Assembly: GCA_963743305.1 (NCBI GenBank) | Contig: CAVUPH010000024.1 | Coordinates: 1 to 64,000, forward strand | Source of the DNA: an uncultured delta proteobacterium | GTDB taxonomy: Bacteria; Desulfobacterota; RBG-13-43-22 | Reading direction: 5' to 3' | Length of the DNA stretch: 64,000 bases | Shown: positions 10,220 to 21,097 of the stretch, one piece after another | Layout: the number at the start of each line of letters is the position of its first letter | Numbering within the stretch: position 1 is the stretch's first letter | Position numbers and translations under genes: made by a program | Notes under the pieces: model-generated | What the model saw: the letters and a program-made list of their open reading frames with translations, nothing else | What the model was told of the DNA's origin: nothing | The model's database searches: none

Positions 10220-10664
10220 CCATTAAAAGAGATCGGCGTGTACGAGTACGAGTCCAACATTTCTGCTCCGCTATTCTCGGTCAGGCTTCGCTGCAGGCAT
10301 TGCTCACCGGGTTTCCGCACTCTTACACGTACTCGTACACGCAAATCCCGATTTTCTGAAACCATTAAAAGAGATCGGCGTGTCAGTAGGTGTACGAGTA
10401 CGACGCTAACATTTCTGTTCCGTTATTCTCCAGTCAGGCTATAGTTTGCTCACCGGGGGTTTTCACACTCTTACACGTACTCGTACACGTAAATCCCGAT
10501 TTTTCTGGATACCATTAAAAGAGATCGGCGTGTACGAGTAGGTGTACGAGTACGACGCTAACATTTCTGCTCCGCTATTCTCCGGTCAGGCTATTGCTTG
10601 CCAGGGGTGTGTTTCCGCACTCTTACACGTACTCGTACACGCAAATCCCGAATTTTTGAACCCA
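10220..10664. repeat. Three tandem ~142-150 bp palindromic units
   Basis: Each unit starts CCATTAAAAGAGATCGGCGTG (10220, 10362, 10512) and contains GTGTACGAGTACG / CGTACTCGTACAC inverted arms. Confidence 0.9.
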
Positions 10665-11618
10665 TCAAATAACATCTCCCACCAAATCGTCTGTAACCAC
10701 CCGGCCTTCCGAAACAATGGCGTTCTCGATTCGGACGCCCTCCCGGATCGTTACCCGGTCCCAGAGGATGGTATTCCGCAGGCGACAGTCCCGGCCCAGT
10801 CGGCAGTTTTCTCCCACGGCGCCCCACCCTTCCAAGCGCACCTCTTTTTCGATTCGAGCCCGCGGATGAAGACACCAGCCCGGAGGAGTAATTCTAACCC
10901 TTCGATCAAGATCGAAAAAGGAAAGGGTATTGCCGGTCAGGAAGTCCTGGTGCAAGTCCCGGTAAGATTCGAGGGTCCCCATATCGCGCCAGTACGGCCC
11001 TTTGGTCCGGAAAGCCCAGATAGGTATTCCCTGGCGAATCAGGGCCTGATAAACCGGGATGATATCATAATAAGCCGGCGGCGGAAGATATTTAAAGATT
11101 TCGCGATTTAAAATATGAATACCGGTAAAAGCCCAGCGGCCTCCGGAAGGGGTACGCAACTCCCGGATCCGTCCCTGTTCATCCACTACGATGTTATTGA
11201 AGGAGGGGTAATCGTGGACCACCAACGTAACCGGTCCCTGGTTTTTCCGGTGGAATTCGATGGCCGGAGACAAATCGATATCTGTAAGGATATCGCCGTT
11301 CAGCACCAAAAAGGGATCGGAGCGCCAGAACCCTTCGGTATTCTTAATCCCTCCCCCGGTCCCCAGGAGCGCCGGCTCCCGGAGGAGCTGGAGATCGACG
11401 AATAGGTCCCGATGCGCGGGTGGGGCCAGAAAGGATTCCATCTCTCCGGAAAGATGATGGGAATTCAGGATGAGCCGCTGAACCTCAAAACGAGCCAGGG
11501 TGTCCAGAATCCAGGCCAGCAAGGGACGGTTGAGCAGCGGGAAGAGCGGCTTGGGTTTGTGAAGCGTTAACGGAAGTAGGCGGGTACCTTTCCCCGCCGC
11601 CAAAACCATAGCCTCCAC
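10665..11618 (-). CDS. murU: Nucleotidyltransferase, MurU-like, with C-terminal LbH region
   Basis: AMVLAAGKGTRLLPLT..PKPL, GTGGG, NGD and WRDMGT. Confidence 0.75.
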   Translation of the reverse strand: MEAMVLAAGKGTRLLPLTLHKPKPLFPLLNRPLLAWILDTLARFEVQRLILNSHHLSGEMESFLAPPAHRDLFVDLQLLREPALLGTGGGIKNTEGFWRSDPFLVLNGDILTDIDLSPAIEFHRKNQGPVTLVVHDYPSFNNIVVDEQGRIRELRTPSGGRWAFTGIHILNREIFKYLPPPAYYDIIPVYQALIRQGIPIWAFRTKGPYWRDMGTLESYRDLHQDFLTGNTLSFFDLDRRVRITPPGWCLHPRARIEKEVRLEGWGAVGENCRLGRDCRLRNTILWDRVTIREGVRIENAIVSEGRVVTDDLVGDVI

Positions 11619-11653
11619 TGGGCGCCCTTTCCTTGATTCGGTCTGGGACCGGG

Positions 11654-12358
11654 TTAGATGCCCAGATAGGCTTCCTTGACATGGGGATTGTTGAGAAGGT
11701 CCCGGCCGGTGCCCTCCAGCACGATGCGGCCGTTTTCCAACACGTAGGCCCGGTCGCAGAAGGCCAGGGTGTTCTTGACATTCTGTTCCACCAGGAGGAT
11801 GGTCACGCCTTCCTCATTGATTCGTTGGGCAATGCGGAAGATTTCCTGGACCAGGATAGGGGCCAGCCCCAGGGAGGGCTCATCCAGCAGCAGGATCTCC
11901 GGAAGGGACATCAAGCCCCGGCCGATGGCGCACATTTGTTGTTCTCCGCCGCTCATGGTCCGGGACTGCTGTTTGCGGCGTTCCTCCAGGCGAGGGAAGA
12001 GCCGGTAGACCTCCTTAAGGGACTCCTGGCGTTTGGCCTTGGCCGTGGAACTCAGGGAGCCCATAATCAGGTTTTCCTCCACAGTCATCTCCGGGAAAAG
12101 CCGGCGTCCTTCCGGTACATGGGCCAATCCCAAATCGATCATCTTGTGGGCCGGGACCTTATTCAAGGATCGTCCTTTAAATTCGATGGACCCCTTAGAA
12201 GGCCGCAGGAGTCCCGAGATGGTCCGCAGGGTGGTGGACTTCCCGGACCCGTTGGCCCCGATCAGGACCAGGATTTCCTTATCCTGGACCTCAAAGGAAA
12301 CATCCCAGAGGACCTGGACATCCCCGTAGGAGACATCGATATGGTTGACTTTAAGCAT
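11654..12358 (-). CDS. livF: Branched-chain ABC ATP-binding protein LivF
   Basis: GANGSGKS, MSGGEQQM and LLDEPSLGLAP. Confidence 0.92.
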   Translation of the reverse strand: MLKVNHIDVSYGDVQVLWDVSFEVQDKEILVLIGANGSGKSTTLRTISGLLRPSKGSIEFKGRSLNKVPAHKMIDLGLAHVPEGRRLFPEMTVEENLIMGSLSSTAKAKRQESLKEVYRLFPRLEERRKQQSRTMSGGEQQMCAIGRGLMSLPEILLLDEPSLGLAPILVQEIFRIAQRINEEGVTILLVEQNVKNTLAFCDRAYVLENGRIVLEGTGRDLLNNPHVKEAYLGI

Positions 12359-13073
12359 GGTCTTCCTCCCCCAGGTAGGCCTCGATCACCTGCGGGTTCC
12401 GGGCAATCTCTTCCGGGGTCCCGGCGGCAATAGGCTGGCCGTAATTGATGGCCAGGATGCGTTGGGAGATGGTCATCATCACCTTCATGATATGCTCGAT
12501 AATGAGGATCGTCACACCCCGGCGGTTGATCTCCTTGATCAATTCAATGGCCAGATCCACTTCCTTGGGCGTCAGGCCGGCACAGGTCTCGTCCAGCAGC
12601 AGAATTTTCGGCTGAGTGGCCATGGCCCGGGTGATCTCCAGCCGTTTGCGCAGCCCGATGGGCAAGCCCTTGGCCTGCTGGTCTTTGTAGGCCATGAGTC
12701 CGCAAAAATCGATCATCTCCAGGGCCAGCTTTTGGGCCGCCTTGATCGAGTTCACCCGGCAGAAGGCCGAGGCGGTCACATTCTCCAGCACGGTCAGGCG
12801 GGCCAGGGGTTTGACCACCTGAAAAGTCCGGGCGATGCCGAGATGACATATTTTATGGGTCTTCAGGTTTTTGATGGACCGCTCGCCGAAGAAGACGTCG
12901 CCGGAAGTCAGGGGAAAATAGTTGTTGATCAGATTGAAGATGGTTGTCTTCCCTGAGCCGTTCGGACCGATCAAGCCGAAGATTTCCCCCTGTTCGATCC
13001 GGAAGCTGACCCCGTTCACGGCCGCCAACCCCCCAAAGTACTTAACCAGATCCTTGGCTTCGAAAATGATCAT
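12351..13073 (-). CDS. livG: Branched-chain ABC ATP-binding protein LivG
   Basis: FGGLAAV, GPNGSGKT, ARTFQ and VIEAYLG. ATG at 13073. Confidence 0.92.
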   Translation of the reverse strand: MIIFEAKDLVKYFGGLAAVNGVSFRIEQGEIFGLIGPNGSGKTTIFNLINNYFPLTSGDVFFGERSIKNLKTHKICHLGIARTFQVVKPLARLTVLENVTASAFCRVNSIKAAQKLALEMIDFCGLMAYKDQQAKGLPIGLRKRLEITRAMATQPKILLLDETCAGLTPKEVDLAIELIKEINRRGVTILIIEHIMKVMMTISQRILAINYGQPIAAGTPEEIARNPQVIEAYLGEEDHA

Positions 13074-14044
13074 GAGGCCGCCTCCGGAGATTTCCTGATG
13101 AAAACCCGTTTGATCTTGGACCAGTCCCCCACCACCCCGTTGGACATGAACAGGATGGTCAGAACCACCAGGATGCCGAAGGCCATGGCATGACCCTGAC
13201 CGACCCATTTTGGGGCTAGACCGAAAATAGCCGTCCGAAAAAGTTCCTGAATGCCCACCATGATCAAGGCTCCTATGGCCGGCCCCCAGATGGTGGCCAC
13301 CCCGCCGATAATGCCCACCAGGATAGCCTGGATCGAAATGTCATGGAGCGAAAAGACCACCGAGGGATCGATGAAGCCCATGTAGTTCAGATAAAAGGCC
13401 CCCACCGTCCCGGTGAAGAAGGAACTGATCAAAAAGGAGATATTTTTATACAGGGTGGCATTGATTCCCAGGGACTCGGCCGCATCCTGATCCTCCCGGA
13501 TGGCGACGAAATAATAGCCCAATTTGGAATTCATGACCAGGGAAATAACCCCCAAACAGCAGGTCGCCAATCCCAACACCATATAGTAGTAGGGAAGCTT
13601 ACTGGAAAAGGTCTGCATGATCAGGATGCCGACCATCCCTTCGGTAAAGTTCACCCAATTGTTGGCGATGAGACGCAGGATCTCCCCGGTGGCCAGAGTA
13701 GCCAGGGCGAAATACGGTCCGCGCAGGCGGAAGCAGAGATAGCCGATAACCAGGGCCAGGACCATGGCCGTCCAACCGCCCAGGAGCAGACCCCACCAGG
13801 GTGAAAGTTCCAGTTTGGTAAACAGGATCCCGGCCGTATAAGCCCCGATCCCGAAAAAAGCGGCCTGACCAAAGGAGACTTGCCCGGTATACCCGGCGAT
13901 CAAATTCCAGCAGGAACCGATGATCACCCAGATCAAGACCAGGATCAGGAGGTGAATATAATAGTCCTGCTTGATAAACAGGGGCAGGATCCCGGCGAAC
14001 ACCAGAACCACCAGCGCCTTGAGGAGACCCAACGACGATTTCAT
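13070..14044 (-). CDS. livM: Branched-chain ABC permease LivM
   Basis: GYTGQVSFGQAAFFGIGAY, RLRGPYFA and AIREDQDAA. Confidence 0.92.
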   Translation of the reverse strand: MKSSLGLLKALVVLVFAGILPLFIKQDYYIHLLILVLIWVIIGSCWNLIAGYTGQVSFGQAAFFGIGAYTAGILFTKLELSPWWGLLLGGWTAMVLALVIGYLCFRLRGPYFALATLATGEILRLIANNWVNFTEGMVGILIMQTFSSKLPYYYMVLGLATCCLGVISLVMNSKLGYYFVAIREDQDAAESLGINATLYKNISFLISSFFTGTVGAFYLNYMGFIDPSVVFSLHDISIQAILVGIIGGVATIWGPAIGALIMVGIQELFRTAIFGLAPKWVGQGHAMAFGILVVLTILFMSNGVVGDWSKIKRVFIRKSPEAAS

Positions 14045-14056
14045 CTTTTTCTCCCC

Positions 14057-14932
14057 CTAAATCTTGGTGAAGCGTTTCAATCCTCCGGGTATAAAAATCA
14101 GCACCAGGAGGAAAATGACCATGCCGACCGCGTCCTTGTAACCCATGGAAATATAGGTGGCCCCTAGAGACTCGGCGATTCCCAGTGTCAGCCCCCCCAG
14201 GATGGCCCCCACCGTACTCCCCATCCCTCCCAGGATCGTAATGACGAAGGCCTTGAGCGTAAAGGGTCCTCCCAGGTCGGGAAATAGGTAATAGATCGGC
14301 AGGAGAAGGGTCCCGGCGGCGGCCGTCAAAGCGGCCCCCAGACCGTAGGTGGCGTAGGTAATTTTTTGCTGATTGATACCCATCAGGACCGCCGCGTCTT
14401 TATCCTGGGCCGTGGCCCGGATGGCCCGGCCGGTATCCGTTTTCATCAAAAAGAAAAAGAGGCCGATGGTGATGCCGATGGCAATCAGAAAGGCTATGGC
14501 CAGGGGGAAATTAAAGGAGAGCTGCCCCAGGTGAAAGGCCTTATTGGAATACCCGGTACGGACCGACTGATAATTGGAGGAAAAGATAAAGCGCATCGCT
14601 TCAGTCAAACAGATACCGATCCCCACGGTCATCAGCACCTGGTTTTCGGGAAGGATGGAATCCCGCCCCATTAAGGGGACCAATAGATATTTGCCGATGT
14701 AGAAGGAGATAAAGAACAGGACCGGCATGCTGACCACCAGGGACAGGTAGGGATCCATGCCGAAGTATTTGAAACAGACGAAGGTAACATACATGGAGAC
14801 CATCATGATCTGTCCGTGAGCCAGGTTGATGATTCCCATGACCCCCATGATCAGGGTCATACCGATCCCGATCAAGGCATAAAGCCCGCCGATCAGGATA
14901 CCCGCGACGATGGTTTGCGTGAAGACTAACAT
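14057..14932 (-). CDS. livH: Branched-chain ABC permease LivH
   Basis: GIINLAHG, GRAIRATAQD and GGMGS. Confidence 0.92.
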   Translation of the reverse strand: MLVFTQTIVAGILIGGLYALIGIGMTLIMGVMGIINLAHGQIMMVSMYVTFVCFKYFGMDPYLSLVVSMPVLFFISFYIGKYLLVPLMGRDSILPENQVLMTVGIGICLTEAMRFIFSSNYQSVRTGYSNKAFHLGQLSFNFPLAIAFLIAIGITIGLFFFLMKTDTGRAIRATAQDKDAAVLMGINQQKITYATYGLGAALTAAAGTLLLPIYYLFPDLGGPFTLKAFVITILGGMGSTVGAILGGLTLGIAESLGATYISMGYKDAVGMVIFLLVLIFIPGGLKRFTKI

Positions 14933-15083
14933 GGCCGATTCCTTACCCCAGGAATGGATTCAGGGTGGGGCAGGCCGGAGGGCCTGCCCCGCGAGAAAAG
15001 AGGAACGGTTGACGGACTCCCGACAAGTCCCTCAACAGCCCTCGCAAAAAGTCGATTTTGGGCTTTTTGCGAGGCGAGCACGA

Positions 15084-16289
15084 TTAACGGCCTTTCCAGG
15101 GTTTGTGGGGGTAAACATAAGTGGTGGTGGCCACCGATTTCGGCCAGACGCACTCAAGTTTCCCCTTGATCCACTGGACCAGGTAGGTGGGCACTTTGCT
15201 CTGGTTGGTCATTTTGCCGTAGGAAGTGAATTTTATTTTGCCGAACACCGTCATCAGGTCCGTGGCGGCCAGGGCTTGGCGGATGTCTTCCGGTGAAAAC
15301 GTCTTGGCCCTTTTCAACACGTCGGCGATGACCTGCATGGCGGCATAGGCTTCGGCGCCGTGATATTCCGTGTCCTTCCCATACGTCTTTTTATAATTTT
15401 TAAAATAGTCCATGGCCCCGGGATAGGGGAGCGAAGGCACCCAGAGGTCGGCCGAAAAGACCCCTTCCGCGGCCTTACCGGCATTCTGATAAAATTCGGG
15501 CAGCGTGAATCCGGCCCCGCCGCCGACGAACAATTTCGGGTTGATATCCAGCTCCATGGATTGGCGCATGATCAACGAAGCGTCCATGACGTAAGAGATC
15601 ATGTAGACCAAATCGGGGTTGCCGTTCTTGACCTTGATCAGGAGCGGCTTGAAATCGACTGCTCCGTGCTCGTACCCTTCTTTCAGGAGCACCTGGATCC
15701 CCAAATTTTTCAGGGATTTTTCGACTTCTTTGGAGCCGCTGGTTCCAAAAAGAGTGTTTTCAAATAAAATAGCCGCCGTTTTGGGCTTAGCAATATCTTT
15801 AAAAAAGCTTTCGGCGGCCTCGGCATATTCGCTAACCGGCGGGTTCAGGCGATAAACAAAATTCCAACCCTGTTCGGTAATTTTATCCGCTGATCCGGTG
15901 TTAATTAAAAAGGGAACTTTCTTCTGCTGGGCTACCCCGGAAATGGCAAAGGTCTCCGAACTGCCGTAGCCTCCGCCCAGCATGACCACGTTATCTTTGG
16001 ACAGCAATTTCTCGGCCGCCGACCGGGCGACGTCCGGTTTTCCGGTATCATCTTCAAAGAGGAGCTCAATTTTCTTACCCTTCACCCCTCCCGCCTTGTT
16101 GATATCATTCAGGGCCATGACAAAGGAATTTTTTTCAATTTCTCCGAACTTGGCCTTTTCCCCGGTCATGGGCAGAATGATGCCCACTTTGATAACGTTT
16201 TGGGCGGCCACCGGCCCCGCCCCAGCGATCAAAGTGATAGAAAACGCCACCACTAACGACACCGCCCACCATAGCTTCCATTTGCTCAT
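15084..16289 (-). CDS. Branched-chain ABC substrate-binding protein
   Basis: Signal peptide, KVGIILPMTG and INKAGGVKGKKIEL. Confidence 0.9.
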   Translation of the reverse strand: MSKWKLWWAVSLVVAFSITLIAGAGPVAAQNVIKVGIILPMTGEKAKFGEIEKNSFVMALNDINKAGGVKGKKIELLFEDDTGKPDVARSAAEKLLSKDNVVMLGGGYGSSETFAISGVAQQKKVPFLINTGSADKITEQGWNFVYRLNPPVSEYAEAAESFFKDIAKPKTAAILFENTLFGTSGSKEVEKSLKNLGIQVLLKEGYEHGAVDFKPLLIKVKNGNPDLVYMISYVMDASLIMRQSMELDINPKLFVGGGAGFTLPEFYQNAGKAAEGVFSADLWVPSLPYPGAMDYFKNYKKTYGKDTEYHGAEAYAAMQVIADVLKRAKTFSPEDIRQALAATDLMTVFGKIKFTSYGKMTNQSKVPTYLVQWIKGKLECVWPKSVATTTYVYPHKPWKGR

Positions 16290-16719
16290 GATTTCTCTTC
16301 CTCCTTATATTAGGAATTTTAATTCATCTGCGGGTTTTCCGCCGGGAACCAACGGGAGTAATTTCAGAAACGACTTCACCCGAGAGCCGGACCCTTTCGG
16401 GTTTTTCGCTTTTCAACTTTCAAACAGGGGCGCGTGTACTTCCGCCTTGTCTAGCCCTACGCGTCACCCCATCGTTTTTTATTTTATCAGAGCTCGTAAT
16501 AAATCGCAAAAAGTTTTTCGAGGGTGATCCCGGATCGCTGAGCCTGAACAGCGGGAGCCCCGGTCTACCGACCTGAGCCGAATACCAGGCGATAACATTT
16601 AGATAGATAGAACCCCCTTTCCCGCAGGCGACCAAGCCCTGAACTCATTTTTCCTTAAGCACATGACATGCCAAGGTGAGAGGATTAGGCTAAACACTAA
16701 GTAACATCCTGTTATTCGT

Positions 16720-17010
16720 TTAAAAACAAGATGGAGCGCCGAAGAGGACTTGGATCGACAAACGAGATTCCAGACAATATTCAAAGAGCAAGGGGATATC
16801 CTCCCTCCGTTCCCGCAACGGCGGGAGGGTCAACTCTAAAACGCTCAGCCGGTAGAATAGGTCGATCCGGAAGCGCTGTTGGGAACACCATTCCCGGAGA
16901 TCATTGCAGGCCGAGGCGGAAAGGACGCGGCAGTGCATGGGGATCAGGTCATTGGACCCCAGGCGTTCGAATTGACGCTCCTGGGCAGAAGATCGACCAC
17001 CTTGTCGTTG
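16720..17010 (-). pseudogene. Fragment of a sigma54-dependent activator AAA+ domain
   Basis: CRVLSA..DL....QQRFRIDLFYRLSVLELTLPPLRERREDIPLL. The N- and C-terminal parts are missing. Confidence 0.75.
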
Positions 17011-17069
17011 AAATTCATTACCTTTTTCAGACTAAACCCCCATGCCCGGGGCAAGCACCCCCGAAGCAT

Positions 17070-17170
17070 GAAAATAGGCTTTCAACGGGTCGAGTCAGCT
17101 CGTCATTCCGGGCAAGTCACGGCGGCGTGACGCGATCCGGAATCCAGGCCTCGGCTGAATCTCAAAGGAA
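17070..17170. repeat. Dispersed ~100 bp repeat (inverted copy at ~54910-55015)
   Basis: GTCGAGTCAGCTCGTCATTCC.GGCAAGTCACG...GTGACGCGATCCGG.ATCCAGGCCTC...CTCAAAGGAA occurs at both loci. Confidence 0.8.
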
Positions 17171-17322
17171 CTGGATGCCGGTATTATTTTCGTATTAACC
17201 TCTCGGATGACCGGTCTTAAAAGGCCAACTACCCCGATTTTTATGGTACTCATAAGGATGAAAATTCGTCAAGAACTAAGTTTTTCAAAAAGGGAGCCAG
17301 GCCTGGCCTCTTGGCAAAACAC

Positions 17323-17352
17323 TTGACGAAACGACGGCCGGGCGTTTACACT
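17323..17352 (+). promoter_or_regulatory. Possible sigma70 promoter of lon-larC-greA
   Basis: TTGACG-N18-TACACT just upstream of lon. Confidence 0.35.
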
Positions 17353-17363
17353 TAGAACTTGTC

Positions 17364-19829
17364 TTGAAAGATCAAATCGAAAGGATTACCGCTTTTACCC
17401 GTTCTATGGCCACTCAAGACCTGGACTTTGAATTGGAAAAAACCATCGGGGAAAACCTGCGGGAGTTGACCATTCCCGAAATTCTGCCGCTGCTCCCGGT
17501 GCGGGATGTGGTGATTTTTTCCAATATGATCTTGCCGCTGATTGTTTCCCGGGAAGGGTCCATCCAGGCCGTGGAAAAGGCCCTGGTCCAAGACCGCCTG
17601 GTATTTCTGGTGGCCCAGAAAAACCAAACCCAGGAAGATCCGGAACCGGAAGACCTTTATGCCGTCGGCAGCGTAGCCTTGATCTTACGGATGATGAAAC
17701 TCAACGACGGGCGGTTAAAGATTTTGGTGCAAGGTATTTCCCGGGCCGAGACCCTGGAGTTTGTCGAGCAGCGACCCTCCTTCCGCGTTCAGATCAAAGC
17801 CCTCCCCGACCTGGATGTGACCCGGGACCCGGTGGAAACCGAAGCCCTGATGCGCAATGTGCGGGAACAAAGTGAAAAAATCCTCTCTCTCAAGGGATTA
17901 CTTTCTCAGGATGTCATTGCCATTTTGAACAGCGTGGAGGAGCCCGGCCTGCTGGCCGATCTGGTGGCCTCCAACCTGCGTCTCAAAATCGAGGAATTCC
18001 AGAGGCTTCTGGAGTTGGTCGATCCTCTGGAGCGGCTGGAAAAGGTCTACGAGCACTTAGGCAAGGAATTGGAAGTTTCCACGGTCCAGGCCCGCATTCA
18101 ATCCGAGGCCAAGGAAGAAATGTCCAAAAGCCAGCGGGAATATTTTCTGCGAGAACAAATGCAGGCCATTCGCCGGGAACTGGGGGAGTACGACGAACGC
18201 CAGCAGGAAGTAACCGAGTACCGGGCCAAGATCAAGAAACTGCGCCTGTCTAAAGAAACCGAGGCCGAGGCCCTGAAACAATTGGCTCGGCTGGAGCAGA
18301 TGCATTCCGAATCGGCCGAAATTTCCATCGTCCGCACTTACCTGGACTGGATCGTCAGTCTGCCCTGGGATAAAAAGACTCGGGACAAAATCGATGTTCG
18401 TTCCGCCCAAAAAATATTGGATGAAGACCATTATGATCTGGAAAAGGTCAAGGACCGGATTCTGGAATATTTAAGCGTCCGGAAACTAAACCCTAAAATG
18501 AAGGGACCCATCCTCTGCTTCGTGGGTCCGCCCGGGGTTGGGAAGACGTCTCTGGGGCGTTCCATCGCCAGAGCCCTGGGTCGAAAATTCATCCGTATCT
18601 CCCTGGGCGGAGTCCGGGACGAGGCCGAAATTCGGGGGCACCGCCGGACGTATATCGGGGCCATGCCGGGACGCATTTTATACGGGTTGAAACAGGTAGG
18701 GGTGAACAACCCGGTTTTTATGATGGATGAAATTGACAAACTCGGGGCCGATTACCGGGGCAACCCGGCCGCCGCCCTGCTGGAAGTCCTGGACCCCGAA
18801 CAGAACTTCGCCTTCAGCGATCATTACCTCAGCCTCCCTTTTGACTTGTCCGCGGTTATGTTCATTACCACGGCCAACATAACCGATCCGATCCCCTCGG
18901 CGTTGCGGGACCGGATGGAGATCATCGAGATTCCCGGATATTCCGATGACGAAAAACTTCATATCGCCCTTTCGTATCTCTGGCCTCGCCAGGTCCGGGA
19001 GCACGGTTTGAATCCGACACAGCCGACCATCCATAGCCAGTCCCTGCTGAAGATCATTAACGAGTACACGGAAGAAGCCGGACTTCGCAATCTGGAGAAA
19101 GAGCTGGGGGCCATTTGCCGGAAAATCGCCCGGAAGGTGGCCGAAGGGGAAACGGGTGCTTTCCAGGTCACTCCCAAGACGCTGCACCGCTATTTAGGCC
19201 CCCCTGTGTTTTTACCCGACGAGATCCGCAAGAATCACGAAGTGGGGGTGGCCACCGGCTTGGCCTGGACGCCCAGCGGGGGTGAGGTATTATACGTGGA
19301 AACGACGATTATGAAAGGCAAGGGCAATTTCCAGCTTACCGGACAATTGGGGGAAGTGATGAAGGAATCGGCCCAGGCCGCCCTCAGTTATGCCCGCTCC
19401 CGCAGTCGTCAACTCCACTTGAACGAATCCGATTTCGACCTGCTGGATATCCATATTCACGTTCCGGCCGGGGCCATTCCCAAAGACGGTCCCTCAGCCG
19501 GCATTACCCTGGCCGTCTCCCTGGTTTCCGCTTTGACCAAAATTCCGGTCAACAAAGATATCGCCATGACCGGTGAAATCACCTTGCGGGGGAAAGTGCT
19601 GCCGATCGGGGGTTTAAAGGAAAAAACTTTGGCCGCGATTCGGAACAAAATCAAAATCCTGATTATTCCCGAACAGAATCAGAAGGATTTGGCCGAGATC
19701 CCCCGGCAAATTCGACGCCGCCTGCAATTTGTCTTGGTCCGGAATATGGACCAGGTCATCGAACAAGCCCTGATCAAAAAACCCGGCCCAAAGAAGAAAG
19801 CCGCGATTCGAAAGGGACCCCGGGCATGA
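17364..19829 (+). CDS. lon: ATP-dependent protease La (start may be ATG 17406)
   Basis: LON N-domain, GPPGVGKTS, RGHRRTYIGAMPG and PKDGPSAG. Confidence 0.97.
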   Translation: MKDQIERITAFTRSMATQDLDFELEKTIGENLRELTIPEILPLLPVRDVVIFSNMILPLIVSREGSIQAVEKALVQDRLVFLVAQKNQTQEDPEPEDLYAVGSVALILRMMKLNDGRLKILVQGISRAETLEFVEQRPSFRVQIKALPDLDVTRDPVETEALMRNVREQSEKILSLKGLLSQDVIAILNSVEEPGLLADLVASNLRLKIEEFQRLLELVDPLERLEKVYEHLGKELEVSTVQARIQSEAKEEMSKSQREYFLREQMQAIRRELGEYDERQQEVTEYRAKIKKLRLSKETEAEALKQLARLEQMHSESAEISIVRTYLDWIVSLPWDKKTRDKIDVRSAQKILDEDHYDLEKVKDRILEYLSVRKLNPKMKGPILCFVGPPGVGKTSLGRSIARALGRKFIRISLGGVRDEAEIRGHRRTYIGAMPGRILYGLKQVGVNNPVFMMDEIDKLGADYRGNPAAALLEVLDPEQNFAFSDHYLSLPFDLSAVMFITTANITDPIPSALRDRMEIIEIPGYSDDEKLHIALSYLWPRQVREHGLNPTQPTIHSQSLLKIINEYTEEAGLRNLEKELGAICRKIARKVAEGETGAFQVTPKTLHRYLGPPVFLPDEIRKNHEVGVATGLAWTPSGGEVLYVETTIMKGKGNFQLTGQLGEVMKESAQAALSYARSRSRQLHLNESDFDLLDIHIHVPAGAIPKDGPSAGITLAVSLVSALTKIPVNKDIAMTGEITLRGKVLPIGGLKEKTLAAIRNKIKILIIPEQNQKDLAEIPRQIRRRLQFVLVRNMDQVIEQALIKKPGPKKKAAIRKGPRA

Positions 19830-21022
19830 AAATCGCCTACCTGGATTGCTTCTCCGGCATCAGCGGCGACATGGTCCTGGGGGCCTGGCTGGACCTGGGA
19901 TTGCCGGCCCCCCTGTTGCGTCGGACCTTAAAAAGCCTGGCCCTGCCCCCCTTCCGGCTCCTGATTCGTCGTGAGGAACGGGGCGGGATTTCCGGCTTCC
20001 GGGTCCTGATCCGGGAAGGGAAAAAGTCTCCCCCTCACCGTTCCTATCGAGACCTGCGAAAACTGATTGACCAGAGTCCCCTGCCCCCGGAAATCAAACT
20101 ACCGGCCCTAAAGGTCCTGCACCATCTGGCCCTGGTGGAGGGTCGAATCCATGGGCGAGAGGTGGATGACGTTCATTTTCATGAAATTGGGGCCTTGGAC
20201 ACGATCATCGACGCCGTCGGGGCGGCCCTGGGGTTCCATCATTTTCAAGTGAATTCAGTCTGGGCCTCGCCGCTGCCCGCGGGACGGGGATGGGTCCAAA
20301 GTCAGCATGGTCCCCTGCCTCTTCCGGCTCCGGCCACCTTGGCCCTCCTGGAAGGGGCGGCGCTGGTCCCCTCCGGACTGGAAAAAGAGCTGGTCACTCC
20401 TACCGGTGCGGCGATCGTCAAAACCTGGGTCCGGCACTTCGGTCCCCCGCCCGCCTGCACCTTAACGAAAGCGGGCTACGGTTTGGGCCGGGAGGAACTT
20501 TCGGACCGTCCCAATGCCTTACGGATCTGGTTGGGCGAGGGAAACCGCCCCGGGGATCAGGAAAAGGTAACGATTCTCGAAACCAACATCGACGACATGA
20601 ACCCTCAGTGGTATGATTATTTGTTCGACCGTCTCTTCCAAGCCGGAGCCCTGGATTGCCTGTTGCTCTCCTGCCAAATGAAAAAAAACCGTCCCGGGGC
20701 ACTGGTCCAGGTCCTCTGCCGCCCGGCCGACCGGGAGTTGCTCACGGGAATCCTGCTGGCTGAAACCACCACACTGGGCGTCCGCTATCATGAGGCGGAA
20801 CGAGAAATCCTCTCCAGGAAAACAGAACGATTGCCTACACCTTGGGGAACCATCGGACTGAAATGGGTCCAGCGGCCCGGCCCCGCCAATCGCCCGGCCG
20901 CGGATTTTGCCATCGAGTACGATGACCTGAAAAGCCTGGCAGCCCGGGAACATAAATCTTTGAAAGAAATGGAAACCCTTTTGCGCTCCTTTTGTACCCA
21001 CAAATCCGCTTGCACCCCGTAG
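19826..21022 (+). CDS. larC: Nickel-pincer cofactor biosynthesis protein LarC
   Basis: YLDCFSGISGDM, HFHEIGALD, ELVTPTGAA, ETNIDD and ETTTLGVR. Confidence 0.92.
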   Translation: MKIAYLDCFSGISGDMVLGAWLDLGLPAPLLRRTLKSLALPPFRLLIRREERGGISGFRVLIREGKKSPPHRSYRDLRKLIDQSPLPPEIKLPALKVLHHLALVEGRIHGREVDDVHFHEIGALDTIIDAVGAALGFHHFQVNSVWASPLPAGRGWVQSQHGPLPLPAPATLALLEGAALVPSGLEKELVTPTGAAIVKTWVRHFGPPPACTLTKAGYGLGREELSDRPNALRIWLGEGNRPGDQEKVTILETNIDDMNPQWYDYLFDRLFQAGALDCLLLSCQMKKNRPGALVQVLCRPADRELLTGILLAETTTLGVRYHEAEREILSRKTERLPTPWGTIGLKWVQRPGPANRPAADFAIEYDDLKSLAAREHKSLKEMETLLRSFCTHKSACTP

Positions 21023-21097
21023 CCGCTTTTGTTAGAATAATGAAGCCCCCCGAAGCGCCGGTCTCCGGGGGAACTTATTTTGAAAGGGAGTTTTTTT

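Noticed and set aside
10220-10664. Possible CRISPR array for the nearby cas genes
   Set aside because: The period is ~145 bp and the sequences between conserved blocks are homologous, not unique spacers.
16515-16650. GC-rich intergenic stretch as possible 6S, SRP or riboswitch RNA
   Set aside because: No diagnostic motif recognised by eye. An Rfam search would be needed.
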